The notes: generated by a model from the sequence alone, not told the origin. 64,000 nt of DNA from Desulfovibrionaceae bacterium (GCA_031547305.1 JAVBSC010000019.1:38609-102608); one strand, 5' to 3'. Positions 18,081-27,998 are shown, counted from the first letter of the stretch. Translations and numbers: made by a program.

Positions 18081-19190
18081 CTAAACATTGAATAAGAAAT
18101 GCATTACGTCACCGTCCCGCACTACGTAGTCACGGCCTTCCACCCGCAACAGGCCGGCCGCCCTGGCCGCGGCCTCCGATTCGAGTCTGATGTAATCCGC
18201 ATAGCCGATCACTTCAGCCCGGATAAAGCCGCGTTCAAAGTCGGTGTGGATGGCCCCGGCCGCCTGCGGCGCTTTCCAGCCCTGCCGGATGGTCCAGGCC
18301 TTCACTTCCTTTTCGCCGGCGGTGAAGTAGCTGATCAGGCCCAGGGTGGAGTAGCCGGTACGGATAACCTGAGCCAGGCCGCCTTCATCTATGCCGTAAG
18401 ATGAAAGCATCTCTTTCTGCTCCGCTTCCTCCAGGCCCTGGAGTTCTTCCTCTATTTTCGCGCAAATGGTCACCACCTGGACGTTTTCCGCCTTCGCCTT
18501 CTTGTGCAGGGCTTCCAGGCGGGGATTGCCGGTTTGCCCGCCGGCCAGGGCGGCCTCGTCCACGTTGGCGCAGTAAATGACTTTTTTGGCGCTGAGCAGA
18601 CCCAGCTCATCCACTGTTTTGGCCAGGCCTTCGGATGCCCCGGCCATAAAAGAGGCCGCCGGGCGTCCTTCGTTCAGGTGGGCCAGCAGAACCTCCATTT
18701 CTCCGGCCAGGGCCTGGGCGGCCTTGTCGCCCTTGGCCGCTTTGCGGGCGCGCTCCAGGCGTTTTTCCACGCTCTGGATGTCCGCCAGAATCAGTTCCGT
18801 CTCAATGGTTTCTATATCGCGCAACGGATCAATATCGCCGTCCACATGGGTGATGTTGCTGTCCTCAAAGCAGCGCACCACCTGGAGGATGGCCGCGCAT
18901 TCGCGGATGTTGGCCAGAAACTGGTTTCCCAGGCCTTCGCCCTTGCTGGCCCCGCGCACCAGGCCGGCTATGTCTATGAAGTCCACGACCGCCTGCACGG
19001 TTTTTTGCGGCTTGACCAGGGCGGTCAGCTTGTCCAGGCGGTCGTCCGGCACCGGCACGGCGGCCTTGTTAGGCTCAATGGTGCAAAATGGGTAGTTGGC
19101 GGCCTGGGCGTTCTGGGCCTTGGTAAGGGCGTTGAAAAGGGTGGACTTGCCGACGTTGGGCAGGCCCACGATGCCGATGCTTAAAGACAT
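18081..19190 (-). CDS. ychF: Redox-regulated ribosome-binding ATPase YchF
   Basis: GIVGLPNVGKSTLFNALT P-loop, with a C-terminal TGS-like domain. Confidence 0.9.
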   Translation of the reverse strand: MSLSIGIVGLPNVGKSTLFNALTKAQNAQAANYPFCTIEPNKAAVPVPDDRLDKLTALVKPQKTVQAVVDFIDIAGLVRGASKGEGLGNQFLANIRECAAILQVVRCFEDSNITHVDGDIDPLRDIETIETELILADIQSVEKRLERARKAAKGDKAAQALAGEMEVLLAHLNEGRPAASFMAGASEGLAKTVDELGLLSAKKVIYCANVDEAALAGGQTGNPRLEALHKKAKAENVQVVTICAKIEEELQGLEEAEQKEMLSSYGIDEGGLAQVIRTGYSTLGLISYFTAGEKEVKAWTIRQGWKAPQAAGAIHTDFERGFIRAEVIGYADYIRLESEAAARAAGLLRVEGRDYVVRDGDVMHFLFNV

Positions 19191-19215
19191 GTGTGTGAGT
19201 CTCCTGGAATAAAGT

Positions 19216-19233
19216 GGGGGGCCGAAGCCCCCC
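19216..19233 (-). terminator. GC hairpin between M16 peptidase and ychF (weak terminator or attenuator candidate)
   Basis: GGGGGGC-CGAA-GCCCCCC. On the minus strand it is followed by ACTTTATT and then the AGGAG RBS of ychF. Confidence 0.35.
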
Positions 19234-19249
19234 GCTTATATTTTGAAAC

Positions 19250-21895
19250 TTACGGTTTTACAATAGCAATGTAGGCCTTGTCCGGAGTCAGATATTTTTG
19301 GGCCAGGGCCTGGAGTTCCTTGGGGGTGATTTTGCCGGCCCGCTCAACAAGCTCGCGTTCAGCGTCCAGCGGGCGGCCGGTAATGCTCAGGGCCGCGGCC
19401 TCGCCGCTTCTGGAGCCCAGGCTCTGATGCTCGCGGTAGTAGTCGCCGCGCAACTGGTTTTTACCCCTGTCCAGTTCCTGATTTGACAGCGGCTTGGCTT
19501 GAATTTCCTTGATTACGCGGTCAAAGCCCTGCCTGGCCTGTTCCAGCTTGCCAGGTTCCGTGCCGATGTACAGGATGAGCGCCCCGGCCTTTTGAGTCTG
19601 CCAGGGGATGGCCGTAACCGTATAGCCAAGGCTCTGCTTGTCGCGCAAATCCCGGAACAGCAGCCCGCCCTGGCCGGAGAGCACGGCCTGAAGCAGATCC
19701 AGCCCGGCTTCATCCGGAGCGCCGAAGGGCGCGGTGGGGAAGATCATCAGCAGGTGCGCCTGATTGCGGCCGGGTAAATTCAAATCCAGTTCTTTGGTCG
19801 TTCCCCAGTCCGGGGTCCGGACTTCCATCTTGGCGGACCCGGGTTCCGGCAATTTTTTAGCCGCGTCAATAATCGCCTGGCGGTCAAAATCACCGCACAC
19901 GGCCAGGGTCCAGGGCTGGCTACGCTGTTTTTGCCAGAAATCCCTGACGGCCTGGGCGGTAAAGCCCTCCAGGCCCTGGGGGGTGCCAAGCTGCAGGTAG
20001 CCGTATGGGTGGGCGTTTCCGAATAAGAACGGGAAGACGCGCCGGAAGGCCAGGCCCAGGGGTTGATCCTCGCGCGATTTTATGGCCGCGATCTGGCTTT
20101 GCCGCACCCTGGAGAGCTCTTCATCGGAAAAGGTCGGGTTGGTCAGAACTTCGTCCAGCAGGCCGAACATGTCGCCGATGAACTGCTTGGGGGCGTTCAG
20201 GCCCAGAGAAAAACTCTGGCGTCCGGTCCCGGCGCTCAGGGAGGCGGCACGGTCGGCCTGGAAATCCTCAATGTCCGTGGCGCTGTATTTGCCCGCGCCC
20301 TTGGTAAGGAGCGAGGCGCTTAAAGAGGCCAGGCCCTGCTGCTCCGGGCTGACGAGGGAGTCACCGCCCGTAAAGACCAGATCCGCCGAGACATAGGGCA
20401 AGGTGGAATCCGGCATGAGGATCAGGGTTCTGCCGTTGCCCAGGTCAATAGTTTCCGTCTTGGCGTTTTCAACAGCCTGATGGCCGGCCCTGGCCTGGCC
20501 CGGCGCGGCCGGCCAGTTTTTCCGCAGTTCCGCGCCAAGGGATTGCTGCGTATCCGCCGGGCCGTTTTCCGGCAGCAGAATGGAGGCGGACAAGGCTTCC
20601 GGCCGCAGGACGGTCTGGATGGACCGCTTCAGGATGTTCGCGTCCGTGGAATTCACCAGACTCAGGTAATTGGCCTCGCCCTGCTCGCCGTTGTCGAAGA
20701 ACTGGAAGTAGCCTATTTTGGAAGCCAGGCCGCCCAAAGTTTCCTTGGAGCGGTAAAGATCGTCGCGCAGGTTCAGCTTGGCCCGATCCAGTTCCTGCTG
20801 CGTAAAGTTCACGTTCGCGAGTTTGGCCAGATCCTGGGTAAAGTCGCTCCAGAATTCCGGCAGCTTGTCCGCGTCCAACACGGCGGAAATGTAAAACATG
20901 CCGCGCTGTTCAAAGCTGTAGTTGCCAACGCTGATGCTGTCCACCAGGCGCTTGTTGTACTTGTATTCCCGGTAGAAGAGCGAGGTTTTGTCGCCGCCCA
21001 GAAGCTGGGCCAGAACGTCCAGTTGCGGGGCTTCGGCGCTTTGCTGGCCTGGAGCCGGGAAGGATATACCCAGGTAAACCTTGTTCCAGGGACCTTTTTC
21101 CACGTTTATTGATGGCGCGTTCTTGAGCGGCGCTTCCGCGCGCAAATCCAGGCCGGGCAACGGGTGATCATTTTTCAGTCCGCCGAACTGGCGCTGGGCT
21201 TCGGCCAGGGCGTCATTCACGTCCACATTGCCGCAGATGAGCAGGAGCATGGCCTGAGGTTCGTAAAGCCTCTTGATGTAGGCGCGCATTTTGTCGCTGG
21301 TGAAGGAGTTGATGGTGTTTTCATAGCCGATGATCGGCCTGGCGTAGGGGGTGCCGGCTAGGGTCTGGGCCTGGAGGCTTTTGAACAGCCGGGATTCAGG
21401 GGAGTCTTCGCCGCGTTTCAGTTCGGCGATGACCACCTTTTTCTCCGCTTCCAGGGCCTTTGGATCCAGGCTGGCGTTAAAAGCCATGTCCTTCAGCACG
21501 TCCAGGCCTTTTTTCCATTGGGCGGCCGGCATGTCCGTATGGTAGACCGTATAGTCAAAGCTGGTGGAGGCGTTTATGTAGCCGCCGTCTTTTTCAATAT
21601 CCTCGGCCACCGTGCCCTGGGGGCGCGTTTTGGTGCCTTTGAAGACCATGTGTTCAAGAAGGTGGCTTATGCCCGCCTCATCCGGGGTTTCATAGGCTGA
21701 CCCGGCGTGCACGTACAGGCGGAGGGAGACCAGGGGAAAGCGGTCGTCCTTTTGCACGGCCACGGTAAGGCCGTTGGCCAGCCTGGTCACGCTCAGGGCC
21801 GGGGAGTCCTGGGCAAAGCTGGGTGGGGCGAAGGCCAGGCCGCTCATGAGCAAGATCCCGAGCAGCCACGGGGAAAATTTTGAAAATGCTGGCAT
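19250..21895 (-). CDS. Exported tandem M16 (pitrilysin/insulinase) family zinc peptidase
   Basis: Signal peptide, inverted zinc motif HLLEHMVFKGT in the first half, and a second M16-like half. 881 aa. Confidence 0.85.
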   Translation of the reverse strand: MPAFSKFSPWLLGILLMSGLAFAPPSFAQDSPALSVTRLANGLTVAVQKDDRFPLVSLRLYVHAGSAYETPDEAGISHLLEHMVFKGTKTRPQGTVAEDIEKDGGYINASTSFDYTVYHTDMPAAQWKKGLDVLKDMAFNASLDPKALEAEKKVVIAELKRGEDSPESRLFKSLQAQTLAGTPYARPIIGYENTINSFTSDKMRAYIKRLYEPQAMLLLICGNVDVNDALAEAQRQFGGLKNDHPLPGLDLRAEAPLKNAPSINVEKGPWNKVYLGISFPAPGQQSAEAPQLDVLAQLLGGDKTSLFYREYKYNKRLVDSISVGNYSFEQRGMFYISAVLDADKLPEFWSDFTQDLAKLANVNFTQQELDRAKLNLRDDLYRSKETLGGLASKIGYFQFFDNGEQGEANYLSLVNSTDANILKRSIQTVLRPEALSASILLPENGPADTQQSLGAELRKNWPAAPGQARAGHQAVENAKTETIDLGNGRTLILMPDSTLPYVSADLVFTGGDSLVSPEQQGLASLSASLLTKGAGKYSATDIEDFQADRAASLSAGTGRQSFSLGLNAPKQFIGDMFGLLDEVLTNPTFSDEELSRVRQSQIAAIKSREDQPLGLAFRRVFPFLFGNAHPYGYLQLGTPQGLEGFTAQAVRDFWQKQRSQPWTLAVCGDFDRQAIIDAAKKLPEPGSAKMEVRTPDWGTTKELDLNLPGRNQAHLLMIFPTAPFGAPDEAGLDLLQAVLSGQGGLLFRDLRDKQSLGYTVTAIPWQTQKAGALILYIGTEPGKLEQARQGFDRVIKEIQAKPLSNQELDRGKNQLRGDYYREHQSLGSRSGEAAALSITGRPLDAERELVERAGKITPKELQALAQKYLTPDKAYIAIVKP

Positions 21896-21959
21896 GACGA
21901 AAATCCTTTATCCGCCCCGCTCCGGGGGCGGGCTGGGCGCTAAGAGCGCGAAAAGAGGA

Positions 21960-24587
21960 TCATAAACTGTTATCCTGACGGGCGATTTTGGTGAGGAACA
22001 AATCCTGAGGCGCGAACAAATCGCCGTCCGAGGCCAGAGCCAGTCCCAGGGCGGCGCGACAGAGCGCGGCCGGGGACAAATATCCTGCGCTCCAGTTAAG
22101 CACTATTCGCGCTTTTGTGGAGCCGGCCCCTTCCACTTTATCAAAGAAATTCCTTATATCCAGAGTTTTCAGGCCTTTTTTTGTTTCCCGCGCCCATTCC
22201 AGTTTTTCCGCCCGGTTAAGGGCGTCCAGGGCTTCGGCAAAGCTTTTCTCATACTTGCCCAGGTATTCCAAAAGGAATTCCTCTTCCACGGCTTCGGCCG
22301 GCCGCTGGTTGACAGGCAGTTTTTGCACGCGCGTCAGGCGCAGGCGCGTGGGGAATTGCGGGGCCAGGGCCCTGAAGACCTGTTCCGGGGTGAGCGGCTC
22401 CCGCAGGTGCGCGCACATCCATTCGCCCTGGCTGGCCACGCCCACGGGCAGGGCTCTGGCAAAAGACAGGAGCGGCAGGGGGTGAAATCCTTGGGAAAAG
22501 CTCAGAGGCAGGCCGGCTTTTCGGAAGGCCCGCTCAAACAGGGACTGAAGCTCCAACTGGCTTAAAAACACGGCCGGCCCGAGCTTTTCGTACCAAAGGC
22601 GAAAATGCGCGGCCTTGTGCCCCAGGTTTCCGGCCAGTTCCGGCGGCCGTCCCGGGCCTGGCCTGCTGTCCCGCGGGCCCGCGTCCTTGACGATCACCCG
22701 GCCGCGCGCGTCCAGGTTGGCCTGGTGCGCCAGTTGGTCCCTCCTGGGAAAATTCAGCGTGTTTTGATAGCCGGCCGATCCTGGCAGGACATCCAGGTTG
22801 GATTTGGCCGCCCTGGTGTCGCAGACCCCGCAGGCCTGGCAGGCTCCGTAGCGGCAGTCCGGCACGGTTTTTCCCTTGAGCGCGTTGGCCCGCTCCCGGA
22901 GCAGAAACTCCCGGCTGGCTCCGCTGCGCAGGTGCTCCCAGGGCAGCGGCTCCTCAAGGCCGCGCGCCCCGGTAAACTCTTCCGGCGTAAGTCCTTCTTC
23001 ATTCAGCGCTTCCAGCCAGGGGGCCAGGCTGAATTGGTCCATCCAGCTGGCGAAAATCGCGCCTTTGCCATAGGCCCGCTCCACCACGTTGGCCAGGCGG
23101 CGGTCTCCCCTGGAGAACACTCCTTCCAGCAGGCTCATTTCCGGCTCGTGCCAGCGCAGCTTGATGCGTTTTTCGCTTTTGACGGCCTGGAGCAGCACGC
23201 CGATCCGCCGGCGGATTTCTTCCAGCGATATTTGCGCTTCCCACTGGAAGGGCGTGTGCGCCTTGGGCACGAAAGGCGAGATGGAAGCGGTGATTTGCAG
23301 GCGCTTTACGCCCGGTCCGGCCGCGTCGCGCGCCTTGCGGCACAGATCGATAATAGCCAGAAGATCCTCGTCCGTTTCCGTGGGCAGGCCGATCATGAAA
23401 TAAAGTTTGACCTGTTGCCAGCCGTGCTCAAAAAGCTTTTGCACGTGCAGGATCAGGTCTTCTTCCGCCACGCCCTTGTTGATGACGTCGCGCAGGCGCT
23501 GGCTGCCGGCTTCCGGGGCCAGGGTGGCGCCGGTGCGGCGTATGCCGGCCATGCGCGCCATGATTTCGTCGTCAATGGAGCCAACCCGCAAAGAAGGCAG
23601 GGACACGGAAACCTGCTCCGCCGCGCAGCGATCCACGCTGCTCATGAACAGGGTTTTCAGGGCGGAAAAATCGCCGCTGCTCAGGGATAAAAAGGAAAGA
23701 TCGTCATAACCCGTTCCGGCCAGGCATTCGGCCACCAGATTGTTCAGGTTTTCCACCTTTCTTTCCCTGGAAGGGCGGTAGATTATGCCGGCCTGGCAGA
23801 AACGGCAGCCTCTGGTGCAGCCCCGGCCTATTTCCAGGGCCAGGCGGTTATGCACCGCGCCAAAGGGCACGGCCTGGCGCACCGGGTAAAAAGCTCGGTC
23901 AAAATCCGCCACCACGCGCCTGGTTATGGCTGAATAGTCCGGGCGCAACGGGCGTGGCGCGCCCCGCCCGGTCCCGGCGAAAAATTCCGGCGCGTAGACG
24001 CCGGGAATTTTTATGGCGTTCTCCAGAATCCAGTTTCGTCCGGCCTTCCGGTTTTTAGCTTGTTCCAGAAGGTCCAAAAATTCCGGAAGCTGTTCTTCGC
24101 CTTCGCCCAGAAACATCAGGTCCATAAAGGGCGCCAGGGGCTCGGCGGCCAGAGTGCAGCCTCCGCCGGCCATGACCACGGGCCAGCTTCCGGACCCGCG
24201 CGCTTCCGCCCGCAACGGAATGCCGGCCAGGTCCAGCATGTACAGCACGTTGCTGTAGCACAACTCATGGGTGACGCTGAAGCCTATGGCGTCCAGGTCT
24301 TTGAGGGGGGTGTCCGATTCCAGGGTGGCCAGGGGAGCGCCCAGGCGGCGCAGGATGCTCCCGGCTTCCGCGCATGGCGCGAACACCCGTTCCGCCTGGC
24401 GGCGCGGGTGTTCGTTCACCAGTCCGTAAAGAATCTTCTGGCCCAGATAGGACATGCCCACTTCGTAAAGGTCCGGAAAAGCCAGGCCGATGCGCAGATC
24501 CACGGATTGCGGATCTTTGTGCACGGCACCGTCCTCCAGGCCGACGTAGCGGCTGGGTTTGGGCAGAATGCCAAGTAGTTCGCGCAC
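21960..24587 (-). CDS. B12-binding-domain radical SAM protein fused to a radical-SAM-linked (DUF2344-like) C-terminal module
   Basis: N-terminal ILPKPSRYVGLE, CX3CX2C cluster motif GCTRGCRFCQAG, and a C-terminal extension of about 250 aa. GTG start directly abuts the upstream stop. Confidence 0.8.
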   Translation of the reverse strand: MRELLGILPKPSRYVGLEDGAVHKDPQSVDLRIGLAFPDLYEVGMSYLGQKILYGLVNEHPRRQAERVFAPCAEAGSILRRLGAPLATLESDTPLKDLDAIGFSVTHELCYSNVLYMLDLAGIPLRAEARGSGSWPVVMAGGGCTLAAEPLAPFMDLMFLGEGEEQLPEFLDLLEQAKNRKAGRNWILENAIKIPGVYAPEFFAGTGRGAPRPLRPDYSAITRRVVADFDRAFYPVRQAVPFGAVHNRLALEIGRGCTRGCRFCQAGIIYRPSRERKVENLNNLVAECLAGTGYDDLSFLSLSSGDFSALKTLFMSSVDRCAAEQVSVSLPSLRVGSIDDEIMARMAGIRRTGATLAPEAGSQRLRDVINKGVAEEDLILHVQKLFEHGWQQVKLYFMIGLPTETDEDLLAIIDLCRKARDAAGPGVKRLQITASISPFVPKAHTPFQWEAQISLEEIRRRIGVLLQAVKSEKRIKLRWHEPEMSLLEGVFSRGDRRLANVVERAYGKGAIFASWMDQFSLAPWLEALNEEGLTPEEFTGARGLEEPLPWEHLRSGASREFLLRERANALKGKTVPDCRYGACQACGVCDTRAAKSNLDVLPGSAGYQNTLNFPRRDQLAHQANLDARGRVIVKDAGPRDSRPGPGRPPELAGNLGHKAAHFRLWYEKLGPAVFLSQLELQSLFERAFRKAGLPLSFSQGFHPLPLLSFARALPVGVASQGEWMCAHLREPLTPEQVFRALAPQFPTRLRLTRVQKLPVNQRPAEAVEEEFLLEYLGKYEKSFAEALDALNRAEKLEWARETKKGLKTLDIRNFFDKVEGAGSTKARIVLNWSAGYLSPAALCRAALGLALASDGDLFAPQDLFLTKIARQDNSL

Positions 24588-24944
24588 TTATTTTCCGCGG
24601 ATCAGGGTCGTCAAATCCGGGGTCTTGCCGCCGCCGGGGTTTTTAAGGTTCACGCCGCCCAGGCCGCCGGTGGAAAGCGTAAGGTTGGAGCAGGCTTCCA
24701 GGTAGCGGGTCTGGAGCTCTTCCGGGCAGTTGGCATAAGTGTAGAGCACGTGGGTCATGGAGATCTTGCCGTTAAAATCCTGCTCAAAGGGGTAGCCGTA
24801 GGGCAGCATGACCATTTGCACGCCTTGCTGGGTGGGCACTGTCTGCAGGGCCGCGACGTCGTTCAGGCAATTGTTCGCGGCGTCGTATTTGCCGATGACC
24901 ATTTCGCCGCTGGTAAGCTTGGTCAGTCTCAAATCATAGGGCAT
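24588..24944 (-). CDS. Hypothetical 118-aa protein, translationally coupled to the radical SAM gene
   Basis: Clean ORF whose codon usage matches its neighbours. Its TAA is immediately followed by the GTG of the radical SAM gene. I recognise no family. Confidence 0.55.
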   Translation of the reverse strand: MPYDLRLTKLTSGEMVIGKYDAANNCLNDVAALQTVPTQQGVQMVMLPYGYPFEQDFNGKISMTHVLYTYANCPEELQTRYLEACSNLTLSTGGLGGVNLKNPGGGKTPDLTTLIRGK

Positions 24945-25143
24945 GTGGAAGCACTCCTTAGAAAAGACGGTTTAATTCCGTGTGGATTATTTTCCGGGCG
25001 CATCGCCCTGAATAAGTTCAAGTTCAGGTAGGCTTGCTCCGGCTCGCTGTCAAGCGGTTTTGGCGTGGAAAAAATTTCGCGATCCCTTTACTTTTTGTTT
25101 TCCGTCAGAGAATAGAGTATTAAGGAAAGGGGTGAATTTTTAA

Positions 25144-27540
25144 ATGATCTTCGGGTGGCGCAATATAAGCACAGACCTGGCCTGGGATTTTCCAGGCCGG
25201 GAAGGCGCTGTTTTTTCCGCTCGGCCGGGGGCCTGGCCCGCCGGCCGTTGGTGGCCCTGGCTGTTGGTGTTCGCCCTGGCGGCCATCTCTTATTTGATCC
25301 CTCTGGAAGCCCGCTACACCGAGGCCGCGCTCTGGCATAACCCGGACTGGTTTTTTGATGGCCAGCCGCTTCTGGCCACGCACGATGCCTATCACTGGCT
25401 GGCCGGGGCCAAGGGGTTCGAGTTCGGAGCCGGCCACCCCATGTCCGAGTTTCTGCGCTTGAGCGGCGCGGTCAGCGGCATCAGCCCGGATGTCCTGGCC
25501 TTCTGGCTGCCTATGTTCGCCGGCAGCCTGGTGGCCCTGGCCGTGTTCGCCTGGGGCCTGTGCGCCGGGCGCCTTGGCGCGGCCCTGGTGGCCGGCGCCT
25601 ACAGCGCCCTGGCTCCCGGTTTTGTGGGCCGGACGCTGCTGGGCTATTACGACACGGACCTGGTCACCCTGCTTTTCGCCGTCCTGCTTGGCCTGATCCC
25701 TGCCTTCTGGCTGCGGGACTGCCTGGCAAGCCCCTGGCAAATAGTTAAAGAAATGCTTTCACTTTCAGCCAGACGCCGTGGGGCGCTGGAACGGCGGGCT
25801 GTGCCGGTCGTGTTGCGCAACAGCCCGGTTCCGGGTTTTTGGGGCGCCAGGCGGACGGCAACGCTAAGTCCGGCAGGACGCGCGGATTTCGCCCGCCGCA
25901 AGCTTGCTCCGGGCTGGCTGGCGCTGCTTTTTTTTAGCGGCCTTCTGGGTGGCTGGACCAGGGAATGGCATTCGTTTTTTTTGTACCTGCCGCGCTTTTA
26001 CGCCGTACTTCTGCCGGCTTTGATTCTTATTCTCGGTCCAAGGGGGGGGCGTCGCATTCTGCTTTACGGCGGCCTCTGCCACGCTCTGGCCCTGCTTGCC
26101 CCCTGGCTGGCTCTGCCGGCCCTGGCCTGCGCCCTCCTGGTCCGCCGGAGCGGTAGGCCGGGCTTGCTGAAAAGCTCCGGTCCGGCCGGTTCCCTGCCTG
26201 TTTACGCCCTGTCCGCGCTACTGTTGTTTATGGTGGTTGACAAGTCCATCCTGGAGCTTTTGCTGGGTTCCATCAAGTCTTACTTGAAGACCGGCGGAGA
26301 GCTGAGCGGCAACCCGACATCAGCTTTGGATCCCCTGGTGTTTCCGGCCGTGTCCGGCTCCATTCTGGAAATCCAGAACGCCACGGCCGCTGACTGGAGC
26401 ATTTATTTTCACCCCTGGCTGCCGGTGGTTCTGGCCGGTCTGGCCGGCTATTTGCTGCTGCTTTTTTTTACCCCCCTGGGGGTTTATTTTCTGCCGCTTT
26501 TCCTGTTGGCTCTGGCCGGATTCAAACTGGGCGGGCGCATGCTGATGTTCGGCGCGCCGGTTATCGGCTTGGGGCTGGGCCTGCCCTTGGGCTGGATTCT
26601 GGATTATGTCCTTAAAGATTTGCGGCGCCGTTCCTGGCCCGGTCCGGCCGGCCGCGCCATGGCCATGGCGGTTTCGGCCCTGGAGCGCTGGTCCCCGGTT
26701 CGGGCCGCCCTGGCTTTGGCCGCGTCCTTGATTTTGTGCGCGCCTCTGGCCGTCTATGTGGGCCTGATGAGCCAGGGGCCGGCCATCAGCCGCAATCAGG
26801 CGGAGTCCTTCGCCTGGCTGGGCAAGAACAGCCCGGCCGACAGCATAATCTGGACCTGGTGGGACTGGGGCTACGCGGCGCAGTATTTTGCCCTGCGCCA
26901 TACCATAGCGGACGGAGCCAGGCACGGCGGGCCTTCGCTGTACCTGCCGGCCGCTGTTTACACCACAACGGACCCGGCCTTTGCCTGGCGGGTGATCAAG
27001 TATGCCTCCGGCCGGGGCAATGTGCCGGGCGACGTGTTTGACGGCCTGGGGGCAAAGGATGCGGCAGGGCTTATGGCCGGCCTGGCGTCCGGAAACAGTC
27101 CTCAGCTTAAGCCGGGACCGGAAAAACAGTATATAACCGTAAGTTTTGAGACTCTTCGCCTGGGGTACTGGATAACCAGCTACGGCAACTGGGATTTTAT
27201 CAAAAAGACGGGCCGGAACCTGCTGGTTAACACTCTTCCGCAACAGCTGGACTTCAATCTGGAGGGCGGAGTGATCCTGCCCAAAGGCCTGGAGCCCATT
27301 TATGCTTCAACCATTGACGTGTTTGAGGAAAAAGAGCTGCTCCGGCGGGACTACCCAAGGGAAGACGGCCGGCATTTTTTGCTGAACAGGCTGAGCGGCG
27401 ACAAACTGGTGGCCGACGACGGCTTTTACCGCACCCTGATGGTGCAGCTTCTGGTCTGCCCGAAAAATGACCCGCGCTTTTCCCCGTACTTCCGGCTGGT
27501 CTTTGATAACGTGACTTCCCGGGTTTACGAGGTTCAGTGA
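25144..27540 (+). CDS. pglB: STT3/PglB-family N-oligosaccharyltransferase
   Basis: All three catalytic signatures are present: EL1 Asp motif ATHDAYHW, GYYDTDLVTL, and WWDWGY (26857-26874). The context TWWDWGYAAQYFALRHTIADGARHGG resembles Campylobacter PglB. Multi-TM N-domain with a periplasmic C-domain. Confidence 0.85.
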   Translation: MIFGWRNISTDLAWDFPGREGAVFSARPGAWPAGRWWPWLLVFALAAISYLIPLEARYTEAALWHNPDWFFDGQPLLATHDAYHWLAGAKGFEFGAGHPMSEFLRLSGAVSGISPDVLAFWLPMFAGSLVALAVFAWGLCAGRLGAALVAGAYSALAPGFVGRTLLGYYDTDLVTLLFAVLLGLIPAFWLRDCLASPWQIVKEMLSLSARRRGALERRAVPVVLRNSPVPGFWGARRTATLSPAGRADFARRKLAPGWLALLFFSGLLGGWTREWHSFFLYLPRFYAVLLPALILILGPRGGRRILLYGGLCHALALLAPWLALPALACALLVRRSGRPGLLKSSGPAGSLPVYALSALLLFMVVDKSILELLLGSIKSYLKTGGELSGNPTSALDPLVFPAVSGSILEIQNATAADWSIYFHPWLPVVLAGLAGYLLLLFFTPLGVYFLPLFLLALAGFKLGGRMLMFGAPVIGLGLGLPLGWILDYVLKDLRRRSWPGPAGRAMAMAVSALERWSPVRAALALAASLILCAPLAVYVGLMSQGPAISRNQAESFAWLGKNSPADSIIWTWWDWGYAAQYFALRHTIADGARHGGPSLYLPAAVYTTTDPAFAWRVIKYASGRGNVPGDVFDGLGAKDAAGLMAGLASGNSPQLKPGPEKQYITVSFETLRLGYWITSYGNWDFIKKTGRNLLVNTLPQQLDFNLEGGVILPKGLEPIYASTIDVFEEKELLRRDYPREDGRHFLLNRLSGDKLVADDGFYRTLMVQLLVCPKNDPRFSPYFRLVFDNVTSRVYEVQ

Positions 27541-27998
27541 TGGTAGCCGGTGTTCCTCAGAATGCTGAAAGCCCGGTAGAGCTGTTCCAGCAGGATCACC
27601 CTGGCCAGTTCGTGGGGCAGGGTGATGCGGCCCAGGCTTATTTTCTTGCTGGCCAGATCCAGAATGGATTTATCCAGGCCATAGGCTCCGCCTACCACAA
27701 AGCAGGGCTTAAGGGAGTTTAAGGCGGCTTTTTCCAGCCAGTCGGCCAACTCCCGCGAACCTATGTTTTCGCCGCGCTCATCCAGGCAGATTACGGTTTC
27801 CCCCGGCCGCAGGGCCGCGGCAATGTCCTTTGCTTCCCGCTGGTTGCGCAAAGTGACGGCCAAAGATGAATCCGCGTCGCGCACGGAGGATTCTTCCAAT
27901 TTGCACAGCCCGGACAAAAGCTTGCGGTAATGCTCGGCCGCGTCCTTCCAGAATGGCGCGCGTAGGCCGCCCACGGCCAGGATGCGAATTTTCTGCAT
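27534..27998 (-). CDS. rlmH: 23S rRNA (pseudouridine1915-N3)-methyltransferase
   Basis: 154-aa SPOUT protein of typical RlmH length, with the C-terminal motif LPHELARVILLEQLYRA. Confidence 0.85.
   Translation of the reverse strand: MQKIRILAVGGLRAPFWKDAAEHYRKLLSGLCKLEESSVRDADSSLAVTLRNQREAKDIAAALRPGETVICLDERGENIGSRELADWLEKAALNSLKPCFVVGGAYGLDKSILDLASKKISLGRITLPHELARVILLEQLYRAFSILRNTGYHH

Noticed and set aside
24588-24944. Sm/LSm-like fold for the 118-aa protein (LTSGEMVIGKYD...NCLND)
   Set aside because: The Gly-x4-Gly segment fits Sm1, but the following Asp and Asn positions are displaced by 3 residues, and no properly placed Sm2 motif exists. The resemblance is too weak to call.
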